Below are positions 10,165-19,837 of a stretch of DNA of 64,000 bases, one piece after another (the stretch's first letter is position 1; every line of letters starts with the position of its first letter). The notes below the pieces were generated by a model. It did not search any database and was not told the origin of the DNA. It was given only the letters and a program-made list of their open reading frames with translations. The stretch comes from Nitrosopumilus sp. (lineage in GTDB: Archaea; Thermoproteota; Nitrososphaeria; Nitrososphaerales; Nitrosopumilaceae): positions 1,440,001 to 1,504,000 of the forward strand of contig OZ242220.1 in NCBI GenBank assembly GCA_965206745.1, written 5' to 3'. Made by a program: the position numbers and the translations under genes.

Positions 10165-11019
10165 ATGCCTTTTGAAGATACAGCATATGGCAATTTGCAA
10201 AACTACAAACTGTATCTCCGCCCCAACATACATGCCCACTATGGATCACCAGGCCAAAAGAGATCGGCATTAAGCAAGCACCAGCAAAAGGTCCAAAATC
10301 TATTAAAAATAATGAGCAAGAACGAGTCAATGACGACGTGGGATTTGGCAAAGATATCCATGCCAAATGACACCTCGAAGCTGCGTGAACGCGAAAAGGA
10401 CTATAGAAGACTGCTGGTGGGCAGAAAGGACAAGGGAAAGCATTCAGATGGAATTTTGGATTTGGGGCTGGTAATAAAAGACGGCAAGAGTCTCAAGACA
10501 GGAATAGCCGACAAATACAGGCTGTCATTGTACGGTGTCTTGTACTGCATTGACGTGTTGAATCCCAGCGAGTTGGAGATTGACAGGATTGCAGAAAAAT
10601 ATTCCAAGGTACTGCCAAGGGTTTTTGGTAGATGGGAGTATCTCAAATCAAAGATAGGAGAAAAGGCATACGGAATCAAGTTGTTGGCAAACGGACTGCT
10701 TGCAGACAATCCCCAAATACGAGTGGGGTCGGGGATTCCATTTTATGAGCTGATGTCATATGTCCACATAAAATACCAAAGAAACTTTGAACATGTTTCA
10801 GAGGAGAAACTTGCAGAGCAGATGTCATACTGGTTTTATATCAACTTGCTATACCAGCCAGTCAAGAAGAGCCATACTGCTGGCACTGGAATCGATGGGT
10901 TGAACCACATATTTGAAAAAGATTCAGAGTTGAGGGGATGGTTTCAGAGTTTTTTTAAAGAGTCAAAAAAATACTATTACCAGAGATACAGCATCCTGAG
11001 GCAGTCAGGGGACAAATAG
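10165..11019 (+). CDS. Hypothetical protein, possible winged-helix DNA-binding protein
   Basis: 284-aa basic ORF; the segment 'MTTWDLAK...LDLGLVIKDG...KYRLSLYG' resembles a wHTH. Confidence 0.7.
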   Translation: MPFEDTAYGNLQNYKLYLRPNIHAHYGSPGQKRSALSKHQQKVQNLLKIMSKNESMTTWDLAKISMPNDTSKLREREKDYRRLLVGRKDKGKHSDGILDLGLVIKDGKSLKTGIADKYRLSLYGVLYCIDVLNPSELEIDRIAEKYSKVLPRVFGRWEYLKSKIGEKAYGIKLLANGLLADNPQIRVGSGIPFYELMSYVHIKYQRNFEHVSEEKLAEQMSYWFYINLLYQPVKKSHTAGTGIDGLNHIFEKDSELRGWFQSFFKESKKYYYQRYSILRQSGDK

Positions 11020-11021
11020 TC

Positions 11022-11393
11022 TCACGGATTCTTTGAGGCGATAATGTTGTTTAACTCGTCAAGATCAAAGGGCTTTGTGAGCAATCCGAACAGTCCCATG
11101 GATTCTGCCTTTTCGAACTCTTCATTATTGATGGCATAGGACGATGTGAATACTATCTTTGCATCAGGACTGTTGTTTTTTATCTTAAAGAATGCATCGT
11201 ATCCGTTCATTACGGGCATCTTTAGATCCATCAGGACGATATCAGGCATGGATTCATTGTATTTTTTGATGGCCTCCTCCCCGTTTTTGGCAGTAATGAC
11301 CTCGTAATCCTCATATTTTAGCATGTACTCTGTCGCCTCTAGAAACTGGGTATCATCGTCAACTAGCAGAATCTTGGGGTTTGACGACATCAT
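11022..11393 (-). CDS. Single-domain response regulator (CheY-like)
   Basis: ILLVDDD, LMDLKMP phospho-Asp, LTKPF. Confidence 0.93.
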   Translation of the reverse strand: MMSSNPKILLVDDDTQFLEATEYMLKYEDYEVITAKNGEEAIKKYNESMPDIVLMDLKMPVMNGYDAFFKIKNNSPDAKIVFTSSYAINNEEFEKAESMGLFGLLTKPFDLDELNNIIASKNP

Positions 11394-11431
11394 TATCTCC
11401 TAAATTTGGTAGCCATCATCTAGTATAATAC

Positions 11432-13078
11432 TCATTTAGGCAGCCTGATTGAAAAGACGACGGGGTCAGTAGCTGCACGTATGGTTCCCTTGTGCTGCTC
11501 TACGATGTTTTTACAGCTGGAAAGGCCGAGTCCCGTACCCTCAAGTTTGGTGGTAAACAGCGTATCAAAGACATGCCTCAAGTCTTTTGCAGGTATGTTG
11601 GGACCGGAATTTTCAAACTCGATTTTGGCCTCAGATGAGGTCTCAAGCAGGTCAACTGTGACGTATCCTTCATTTTTCCCAATAGACTGAATCGCGTTTA
11701 AGAGTATGTTCACAAATACTATCAGCATCTTGTCATGATCGAGCTTTATCACTATGTCATTTTTTGGCATGTTGATTTTGATGTTTGGCAGGACATCTAG
11801 CGTATCTACTGCCTCCTGGAGAATCTGGCTTATGGAGTGCGATTTTAGCACCATCGGCGTTGTTCTTACATAGTTTAGCACCTCCTCAATCTGATGGGAG
11901 ATGCGTCGGACAGAGAGGTTAATGCGGTCTATCTCCCTTGAGATTATCCCGTTTTTGTCCCTGTTCTCCTTCTGAATTATCACTCCCGCATTTTTGATTG
12001 TTCCCAGCGGATTGCGTATGTCATGGGCGATGTTGGAGGAGAGCTGCCCGATGACTGTGAGCTTCTCCTTTTTGAAACTCTGCGTGCGTCTTAGCAAGAA
12101 CACCAGCAGAACAACGATGGTGGACATTAGCAGAAAGATTGTCTGGATCTTTGTAAAGAAGATTATCTCGTCAATCTCTTGATTTATGGACTGTATAGGG
12201 GTGACTACTCCAAACATGAATTCATTCTTGCCATTAATATTAATCGGGATTGCAGAATTGATTCTCTGGCCAATGCCGTCATCCAAGGTGAAAATTACGG
12301 TGTCCAGATCACCTTGCAGGACATACGAGATGTGATCATTTAGCAGCTGGTTGCTTTTGATGTCTCTTTGTATCTCCTCCTCAAAGAAATTCTTTCCCAC
12401 GTTCTCCATGTTTGGGTGAATAAGCAGCACGCTGTTTTCGTCCATGACCATCAAGAATTGCGATTCGATATCATAGATGTTTCCATGCCGCTTGAAGAAT
12501 TCACTGGATGGGAATATTACAAGCAATAGTCCCTTAAAGGCGTCTGTCTGTCTGTCAGTTACTGGGAATGTTATTGCAATTTCTGGCTCATCAAAGAGGG
12601 ATGTGTTAATTGATATTATCTTTGACTCTGATTTTATCCCGTCCTCTTCAGAATCAAGCAGTTCAGGCAATCCTTTGACGGTGGCCCCGACAAAGGAGGT
12701 GCTCTGTTTGCTGGCCTGCGAGAGGACCTTAAAGTTCTCATCGAGGGCAAGAATTTGTGCAGTCGGCGAGATCAGATTCAGGCGGTCAAAGGTTTGCTCT
12801 ATTAGGAGGTTTGACTCCCGTGTACCAAGATCAGCCTGCAGTTCGTCAAATTCTGCAAGAAGGGTCAGCTCAAATACAATTAGTTCCAGTTCAGAGGCAA
12901 TGTTTTTGGATATTGACTTTGTAATGATCTCTTGAATTTGAATTTGGTTTTTAATGATCGTGTTTTTGATGCTCTCCTCCTCAATGCTGTAAATTACAAC
13001 TGTGGCAATCATCAGCAAGATGATTATTGCAAAAGTTATTGCATGCCATGCAAATTTTTTCTTGTTTTGGGATGACAA
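11432..13078 (-). CDS. Membrane sensor histidine kinase with Cache-like extracellular domain
   Basis: Two TMs; H-box AHDIRNPL, N-box NILLNAIQ, F-box LFTTK, G2 GTGLGL. Confidence 0.92.
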   Translation of the reverse strand: MSSQNKKKFAWHAITFAIIILLMIATVVIYSIEEESIKNTIIKNQIQIQEIITKSISKNIASELELIVFELTLLAEFDELQADLGTRESNLLIEQTFDRLNLISPTAQILALDENFKVLSQASKQSTSFVGATVKGLPELLDSEEDGIKSESKIISINTSLFDEPEIAITFPVTDRQTDAFKGLLLVIFPSSEFFKRHGNIYDIESQFLMVMDENSVLLIHPNMENVGKNFFEEEIQRDIKSNQLLNDHISYVLQGDLDTVIFTLDDGIGQRINSAIPININGKNEFMFGVVTPIQSINQEIDEIIFFTKIQTIFLLMSTIVVLLVFLLRRTQSFKKEKLTVIGQLSSNIAHDIRNPLGTIKNAGVIIQKENRDKNGIISREIDRINLSVRRISHQIEEVLNYVRTTPMVLKSHSISQILQEAVDTLDVLPNIKINMPKNDIVIKLDHDKMLIVFVNILLNAIQSIGKNEGYVTVDLLETSSEAKIEFENSGPNIPAKDLRHVFDTLFTTKLEGTGLGLSSCKNIVEQHKGTIRAATDPVVFSIRLPK

Positions 13079-13349
13079 TTAGAATCAGATCACTTTATCA
13101 GGTTGGGATTCATAAAGGATTCTACTTTTGAGCCTGGTTTGATGCGTTTTGGGGTGTTCCTCTGCCAACTCACTGGCATGGAAACAAGAAAAACAGCAGA
13201 GACGTCAAAAAAGAAAGGATGATCAAACCGAACCAGAGCACATAGGGGACTCGGGTCAAAAGTAGAGATCTCTTCTAGTTACTACGCCATATATTCAACC
13301 GTAGTTGAATCCCATAGGCTAACGGGTTAAAGCCAGGTGGTGCCATGGG

Positions 13350-13490
13350 CTCATCTGATTATGGCCATATTCACAACTGCCTTGTAGCATGTTCTATTCA
13401 TTCAGATGATTTGCATGTAGTCCAGACCGTACTTTCTGAGATATGCCTGTTAGTGCATGCAAGCATGAATGATCCTATCTTCTTTGATTC
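13350..13490 (-). pseudogene. Frameshifted transposase-like relic, homologous to 2346-2450
   Basis: Broken-frame translation GSFMLAC..TGIS/RKYGLDYMQII*; 18/20 nt match to 2388-2407. Confidence 0.3.
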
Positions 13491-13640
13491 AGATCTGTCA
13501 ATGTGAATCTATAAAGATGATCCAGACAGTAACTGGCAACCACCGCAGTTAATTTTCTGGGTATCGTTTTGCTACAAATAGGGAATATGCCTGCCAGAGT
13601 CATCAAGATATAACCCCGAATCGTGACTTGGACGTATCTA

Positions 13641-16613
13641 TCAGCAGACAGTGGTCATGTTGTATGCACGTATCAGATCCAGTGTATCGACATACATATC
13701 TGCAGACTCGTCAAGTGACTCTACGACTTCGCATACCTGTGCCTGGTTGTATTGTGATATTTGCAAGGAGAGTTCTTGGAGTGGTGTCAGCTGTATATCT
13801 GCCTCACCGCTGATATTTCTAGATGGAGGAGGATCCACACCGAGATAAAAGTTGTCAAAGGACACTTCCTGATGCCAGTTTGTAGACCAGTTATCATTTA
13901 ATTTCAGTCGTATCGTAATACTATCTTGTACTAATACGTGCCGAGGAATATGGACAATTGATGTCTTCCATCCCGAATCCACTGTACCGCCTACAGTCTC
14001 ACTTGCGTAATGCCTAACGCCATTTGCATCTATTATATTATACCCAGCATTAGTTATGGATGAATAATCAGTCAATGATTTTGCTCTGGAATCAAAGCTG
14101 AGGAATAGCTGATCATCTGGATCATGGTTCTCAAGGGAGATATCCATAGTAATTCCGGCAAGGGTTCCATACCCATCACCTCTGATCAGGGCAGATGGTG
14201 CAGGATTGCCGTCAGTTGTAGAGAGTTCAAGTGTGTAATTGTTGAAGAATATGGGGTTGTTAGGAAAGTATACTAGGTTGTCAAACTCCCAGGAATCAAG
14301 ATTTGTAAAGTCATCAGTTATGGTTTCAAATATAGGAACATCAACTGTTATTGAAAATGAGTCCTGTACAAAGTTGTTGTTTGCATCAATGGCAAGGCAT
14401 GTGACTAGCGTGATGCCGACAGGGAACAAAGCTCCTGAATCACTATCACACAATATGGTTACTGGAAAGATGTCTGTCACAGTAGGAGTTTCAAACTCTA
14501 CAGGAATATTATTTGCAGATATCACGGTGATATCCTCTTGAAAACTGGTAAAGACAGGCTTTGTCGTATCCTGAATCCTCACAGTCTGGGCATCATTAAT
14601 AGTATTATCTGAATCATCAGTAGCAGTCCATGTAATAATAGTCGAGCCTACTGGGAAGGAGTCAGGGGCATCATTTGTAACTGTAACATCAGAATCTGCA
14701 ATGTCACTGGCAGTAGCACTGCCGATATCCACGATGGTTAGTATATCTGTAGCCTCTGTAATTATGCTGTTGGGAACTGTAATGGTTGGATTTGTCGTAT
14801 CCCGAACTGTAACTGTCTGTACTGCAGTTACCTCATTGTCTGCATTATCCTTGGCAGTCCACTTGACTAGAGTCTCACCTAATGGGAAGAAGTCAGGTGC
14901 ATCATTTGTTGCAGTTAAGGTGTCAATATTGTCGGTAACTGTGGCAGTTCCTATATCCACTGGAGTCAGCACGCCTGTGGCCTCTACCGTAATGTCTGAT
15001 GGTAGAATAAGCATGGGTTCTGTCGTATCCTGTACCGTTACTCTCTGGGTATCGGTTGCATAATTGCCAATGTAATCAGTTGCAGTGTATGTTATAATGG
15101 TGATGCCGATTGGAAACGAGGTCGGGGCATCGCTGGTAATAGTTGGCATTGCATCTACTGTATCTGTTGCAGTTGCCACGCCAAGTTGAATCATGGATAT
15201 TAGACTGGTAGCCTCATGTATGATATCATCTGGTGGTGTAATTACAGGAGCAGTCGTATCCTGTATGGTGATAATTTGCGTATCATTTGCCATATCACCT
15301 TTGTCGTCCTGGGCAGTCCATGTTATGACAGTACTGCCAAGTGGAAACAAGTCCGGTGCATCATTTGTGATTGCAGCATCCCGATTAATAGAGGCAGTAC
15401 CCAGATCAACTAGGGTCAGCTCCCCTGTGGCCTCCAGAGTCAGGTCATCAGGGGCGATAATCTCCAAGGGTATGAATCGGTTTAGCGTTACATCAAATGA
15501 GGCACTTGCCGTGTTGCCTACCGAATCTCGGGATATGCAAGTTACAGTGGTGGTACCAAATGGATAAACCACCCTTCTTGGCGGATCACATATTACTGGA
15601 ACTGTGCCGTCCACATTATCAACTGCAGTAGGCAGGGTAAAGGTGACAATTGATGGGCGGGGGACATCCAATATTATGTCTTGAGGTACGTTTGAGATTA
15701 CAGGCTTTACATCATCCCGTATCTTTGCAATTAGCTGTATCGCATCAATCTGGATGATACTATTGTCATTCTCAAGTATTGGCATGAATCTAAAGAAAAA
15801 TTCATCTCCTGCAAATTCGTCAAAGTTTATTGTAACTGGAAACCATTGCTCATATACTGACTCACCCACAGTTACCATGTGATGGTCCTCCCAGTCATCA
15901 GCAGTTCGGGCCTGAACCATTACGACTTCGGTATTCAACGAGTCCGTATCTAAAATCTGATCTCCAAACCAGACCCAGAAGACAAGGTCTGCACCATCAT
16001 ATGTGGACAGTTTGATTTCATCTGCTACTTGTAACGAACAGGAGCCGTCACACTCTCCAATGCTGATAACACGGTTGTTGGTATCGGCAAGCAGTGTATC
16101 CACTGGACTCTCAATGCTCCACTGGCCATCAGGCGTCCATCCGTCGGTATTATCCCACTGTTGCTCAAAGAGTACAGTCTCTACAAATCCAGAGGGTGAT
16201 TCTGGTGGAGGTAGGACTATTGAGGGCTTGACTGTCAATGTCACTGGGACATCAATGGTTTCTGTGGCACTATCTTGTCCATCAGTGACGTGAACTGAGA
16301 ATGACATAGTGACAGTCTGCTCCATCACTGCAAAAGGTATTCTAAAAGAGGTTGTTGCCTTTTCTGCATTTTGCAGTCTTACTGCAGGAGCTTCGTCATA
16401 TATCTGAGACCATGAAAAGCCTATAGAATTATCATCAGCGTTTGCACTAGCAGTCAATGTTACTATGTCATCACTCTGGAAACTTTGGCTGACAGGTGCA
16501 ATTGAGACACTCAGGTCTGCATCTGAACTATCAGGTGTTGCCACCTGTGCCTCAGAGAGGCCGACTGGAACTAGCATGAGGGTAAATAATAAGAGAAAAG
16601 GGGTTTTATTCAT
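13641..16613 (-). CDS. Secreted HYR/Ig-like repeat surface protein (990 aa)
   Basis: Signal peptide, PKD-like domain, about 6 HYR-type repeats (DTT.P.I..P.D...EAT...P..FP.G.T.ITWTA.D), flanked by two Trp-rich beta-sandwich domains. Confidence 0.85.
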   Translation of the reverse strand: MNKTPFLLLFTLMLVPVGLSEAQVATPDSSDADLSVSIAPVSQSFQSDDIVTLTASANADDNSIGFSWSQIYDEAPAVRLQNAEKATTSFRIPFAVMEQTVTMSFSVHVTDGQDSATETIDVPVTLTVKPSIVLPPPESPSGFVETVLFEQQWDNTDGWTPDGQWSIESPVDTLLADTNNRVISIGECDGSCSLQVADEIKLSTYDGADLVFWVWFGDQILDTDSLNTEVVMVQARTADDWEDHHMVTVGESVYEQWFPVTINFDEFAGDEFFFRFMPILENDNSIIQIDAIQLIAKIRDDVKPVISNVPQDIILDVPRPSIVTFTLPTAVDNVDGTVPVICDPPRRVVYPFGTTTVTCISRDSVGNTASASFDVTLNRFIPLEIIAPDDLTLEATGELTLVDLGTASINRDAAITNDAPDLFPLGSTVITWTAQDDKGDMANDTQIITIQDTTAPVITPPDDIIHEATSLISMIQLGVATATDTVDAMPTITSDAPTSFPIGITIITYTATDYIGNYATDTQRVTVQDTTEPMLILPSDITVEATGVLTPVDIGTATVTDNIDTLTATNDAPDFFPLGETLVKWTAKDNADNEVTAVQTVTVRDTTNPTITVPNSIITEATDILTIVDIGSATASDIADSDVTVTNDAPDSFPVGSTIITWTATDDSDNTINDAQTVRIQDTTKPVFTSFQEDITVISANNIPVEFETPTVTDIFPVTILCDSDSGALFPVGITLVTCLAIDANNNFVQDSFSITVDVPIFETITDDFTNLDSWEFDNLVYFPNNPIFFNNYTLELSTTDGNPAPSALIRGDGYGTLAGITMDISLENHDPDDQLFLSFDSRAKSLTDYSSITNAGYNIIDANGVRHYASETVGGTVDSGWKTSIVHIPRHVLVQDSITIRLKLNDNWSTNWHQEVSFDNFYLGVDPPPSRNISGEADIQLTPLQELSLQISQYNQAQVCEVVESLDESADMYVDTLDLIRAYNMTTVC

Positions 16614-17480
16614 TGATCAACTTGGATGGTGTGGTATATACATAGTTCTAATCAGCTGCGATCTGCAAATTATTTGGATAAAATGTGAAATAATTACAAA
16701 ACATAGTGCAATTTATTGAATTTTTCAACCCACATTTGTTGCGCAGATGATGTAGTTAAAAGGTAGGTGATCTCATATTTTGAGTTTGGTTTGATGTGTT
16801 TTGGAGTCGACTTTGGACTCAAAAAAAATTAATGGTCCAAAGATCTGCCTTCACCATCAGAGACTTGTATGAATGATATCTTGGGTTATCATGGATAATC
16901 TCATAACGGATCATGTGAACTTGAAGAGGAATCAACGAGTATAACTATGTCAATATCAGATCTAGCAGTGAGTTTTGTTGATGATTATAAGCAAGTTAAT
17001 AATCATCTTTTTTAAAATAACAACATGAAAAAGATAGTCACAATTCTCATATGTTTGACCATACCAATCCAGATACCCATGATATCTGGAATAGTGCATT
17101 ATGGAGCTCCGTTCTGTTATTGGGGTGTTCCTCCGTGGGGGATATTGCAATAACAATGTATCTATGTTCTTGAGAAATAGATGCTTTTTTTAAATCACTT
17201 TTAGTTTTACGGGTAATCATAATAACACTGCCTGTAATGTTGGCAGTTTTCCTAATCCATCATGTAAAAAACCATAGAATCAGAGTTTGAGATCCTTTCC
17301 AGTTTTAGATGATTTGTCATACAAAATATGGACCTTCAAATCATACGAGTCATTTCACAACAAGATCACTGATCAGCGATGTGCCTGAAGAAAATTCCAG
17401 GTGTGGAATTTGAATCAAAGTTATCCGTATTTGGTACCCAACACAAGGACTCCATTACAAGATATCTTCAGATAACATCA

Positions 17481-17786
17481 TCAGATAAAGTTGAAGAGAA
17501 TAGTAGGATACTCGATCCCATGTACAATCATAAAATACAGTCTTAAAATTATGGGAAACAAGGCAAAGGGGATTGGAATTAGGATGAATTTGCGGTCTTT
17601 GCTAGAATAATAGAGATACCAAGATACGATCATTGCAACTATTCCAAAGATGACAGCAATCACAATCGTATAGAGACCCGTTTGTGGCGGATCTGAGAAA
17701 AACAGAGAGGCACTATACTGTGAATTTGATAGTATGAATCCAAAAATGGATATTCCCACAGGTATGAGAAGAGATGCGCGCATCAA
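17481..17786 (-). CDS. Hypothetical three-TM membrane protein
   Basis: Three hydrophobic segments with a basic loop (SKDRK). Confidence 0.55.
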   Translation of the reverse strand: MMRASLLIPVGISIFGFILSNSQYSASLFFSDPPQTGLYTIVIAVIFGIVAMIVSWYLYYSSKDRKFILIPIPFALFPIILRLYFMIVHGIEYPTILFNFI

Positions 17787-18021
17787 TACTTTGCAAATAA
17801 AAAAAAATTTAAGAATTTGCCAAACTGGGATTCAGGACGACACTTGTTATAATGATGGGATGCATCCCTCAAATCCAGTACAACAAATGAGGATTGCCAT
17901 GCCATTACTTGTGTAGCCATTCTTTAGCAGTGGTTTTGTCAGAATCCTGTCTTTTGAGTTCATATTTTGCAGTGATGTAATATCTGATTTGAGTAAGGGG
18001 CAGTTTTCAAATATGTAATAG

Positions 18022-18095
18022 TGGGCCCGAAGGGCTTTGATCCCTTGGCTCACCGGTTATGAGCCGGTTACTCTACCAGGCTGAGTTACGGGCCC
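18022..18095 (-). tRNA. tRNA with CAT anticodon, most likely tRNA-Ile2 (agmatidine-modified)
   Basis: Reverse complement GGGCCCGTAACTCAGCCTGGTAGAGTAACCGGCTCATAACCGGTGAGCCAAGGGATCAAAGCCCTTCGGGCCCA folds as a cloverleaf; the GGGCCC acceptor stem is Ile-type, not initiator or elongator Met. Confidence 0.88.
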
Positions 18096-18136
18096 TAAGC
18101 AAAGGGATTTTTTATCAGGTATAAAATGTTATGAGA

Positions 18137-18769
18137 CTAGCAGTATTCCTCGTAGCAGCTATCAAGCAACAGGTTTTGTGCCGAGATTGATTTGCCGGCA
18201 ACCTCAAAGAGTGTGCCAGAGTCAACTGATGAACTCTCCAAGATGCCCCTCCATGACGCTGCATGTCTAATGTCAGCTTTTGTGTGAAGCTCAAAGTATT
18301 CGGTGGATTCCCTGCCGGTCATCCCATAAAACTCTGCCAGGCCGTCAAGCTTGGTCTGGCTGATCTTGGGAATCTCTTTCTCAAAGGCATACATGGCACA
18401 CGCGCCGCCATCAAAGGTATCCATCAGCTGGCCCAAGTCAGAGACTGCCTTTTGGGTCTTGGCAGTTCCGGAATACAAAAGCAGTTCATCTTCTGATATT
18501 CCAAGCTGGGCTGCAAAGGCAATCCACGGCCTGATGTGATCAGACTCTTCCTGTCGGTTCTCTACTAGCTCGCCTGCAAGGGATTCAGGTGACTTTTCAA
18601 TAATCGGGGTCATAAAGGATGGGACTGCCTTGACAAGCTGAAAATACTCTTTGGAGTAACCTGTCAGGGATTCCCGCGTCAGTTTTCCGTCAGACCACAT
18701 CTGATAAAATGGGTGCTTTAGCAAACTTTTCTCCTCAATCATTTGATCAATTTTCTTAATTATGCTCAT
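18137..18769 (-). CDS. CADD/PqqC/TenA-like heme-oxygenase-like diiron protein
   Basis: LLKHPFYQMW, ENRQEESDH, YAFE, YFELHTKADIRH; start moved to MSIIKK at 18769. Confidence 0.85.
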   Translation of the reverse strand: MSIIKKIDQMIEEKSLLKHPFYQMWSDGKLTRESLTGYSKEYFQLVKAVPSFMTPIIEKSPESLAGELVENRQEESDHIRPWIAFAAQLGISEDELLLYSGTAKTQKAVSDLGQLMDTFDGGACAMYAFEKEIPKISQTKLDGLAEFYGMTGRESTEYFELHTKADIRHAASWRGILESSSVDSGTLFEVAGKSISAQNLLLDSCYEEYC

Positions 18770-18849
18770 GATACATCTCCAATTATGCCAATAAAAAAAT
18801 CTTTGTTGTTTACAAAAGATTTTATGGTCAGAATACAGAATTTTCGTGG

Positions 18850-18943
18850 GTTCCAGTGGTGTAGACCGGTCAAGCATTTTGCCCTTTCAAGGCAAAGATC
18901 CCGGGTTCAAAATCATCTGATGAAAGTCCCGGCTGGAGCACCA
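18850..18943 (+). tRNA. tRNA-Glu(TTC) with a 15-nt non-canonical intron (18912-18926) in the T-loop and encoded CCA
   Basis: Acceptor GTTCCAG/CTGGAGC; anticodon arm TTGCC-CTTTCAA-GGCAA; removing ATCATCTGATGAAAG restores CCGGG-TTCAAAT-CCCGG. Confidence 0.9.
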
Positions 18944-18970
18944 AGATTTATTTATGTATGAACAAGGTTT

Positions 18971-19837
18971 TTGATCAGGCTCATCTTGGACAGGAAAAAT
19001 ATCGAGATAAATCCTCTGCTTGAAACTTGTGGCAAGTACATCAAGCAAATCAACCAAGCTTTGGAGGATGAGCTTGGCATCTATTCAGAGTCAGAGTTCA
19101 TCGAGCCCCTCAAATACTCCCTAGAGGGGGGAAAGCGAATCAGGCCGATAATCCTCAACTTGGCAGCTGAGAGCGTAGGCAAGATTGATGAGAACATACT
19201 TGCAGCCTCATGCGCAGTAGAGTTTCTCCACATGGAGTCAATCATACATGACGATATCATTGATAATGAGACGATGAGAAGGCAGAAGGAGCCATTCCAC
19301 ATAAAGTACGGGTACAACACAAGCGTGTTAACAGGGGACTTTGTCCTCGGATTGATCCTTGCAATATCATCAAGGCTGGACAATGCCAGAATCACAAAGG
19401 ATCTGGCCACCACTGCCATGCTGATGAGTGAGGGGGAGATGATCGAGGGCAGGCTGGAGACAAGCGAGGATGTAACCTTTGATGACTATCTCAAGGTTAT
19501 AGAGTACAAGACGGCAGTTGCGTTTCAGGTTGCAGCAAGAATAGGGGCAATCATTGCAAACGGGACAGAGGAACAGGTGGAGGCCCTCACAGAGTATGGA
19601 AAGAATCTTGGAATCGCATATCAGATAAGGGACGATCTGCTTGACTGGAAGAACGAGGACAAGCTGTTCAACCTGCTAATCAAGAAGAGCTCCGATCCAA
19701 GGGACGTCTTTGACAAGATGGAGGAGATGCTAAAAGAATACTCGGAGAAGGCAAGGGCGGGACTGAGAAAGATTCCGGACTGCGATGCCAAGATGAACCT
19801 GGATAACTTGATCAAGTTTACTACGTTTAAGGCATAA
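18971..19837 (+). CDS. Polyprenyl (geranylgeranyl) diphosphate synthase
   Basis: GGKRIRP, IHDDIID...RR, YKT, YQIRDDLLD motifs. Confidence 0.93.
   Translation: MIRLILDRKNIEINPLLETCGKYIKQINQALEDELGIYSESEFIEPLKYSLEGGKRIRPIILNLAAESVGKIDENILAASCAVEFLHMESIIHDDIIDNETMRRQKEPFHIKYGYNTSVLTGDFVLGLILAISSRLDNARITKDLATTAMLMSEGEMIEGRLETSEDVTFDDYLKVIEYKTAVAFQVAARIGAIIANGTEEQVEALTEYGKNLGIAYQIRDDLLDWKNEDKLFNLLIKKSSDPRDVFDKMEEMLKEYSEKARAGLRKIPDCDAKMNLDNLIKFTTFKA

Noticed and set aside
16620-17480. Genes or pseudogenes in the AT-rich spacer (e.g. 16962..17156)
   Set aside because: Only short broken frames with no recognisable motif
18022-18095. tRNA-Met assignment
   Set aside because: The acceptor stem GGGCCC is Ile-like, and it lacks the initiator A1-U72 pair and three G-C anticodon-stem pairs
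18743-18961. 72-aa ORF and the long N-terminus of 18137..18877
   Set aside because: They overlap tRNA-Glu and its promoter region
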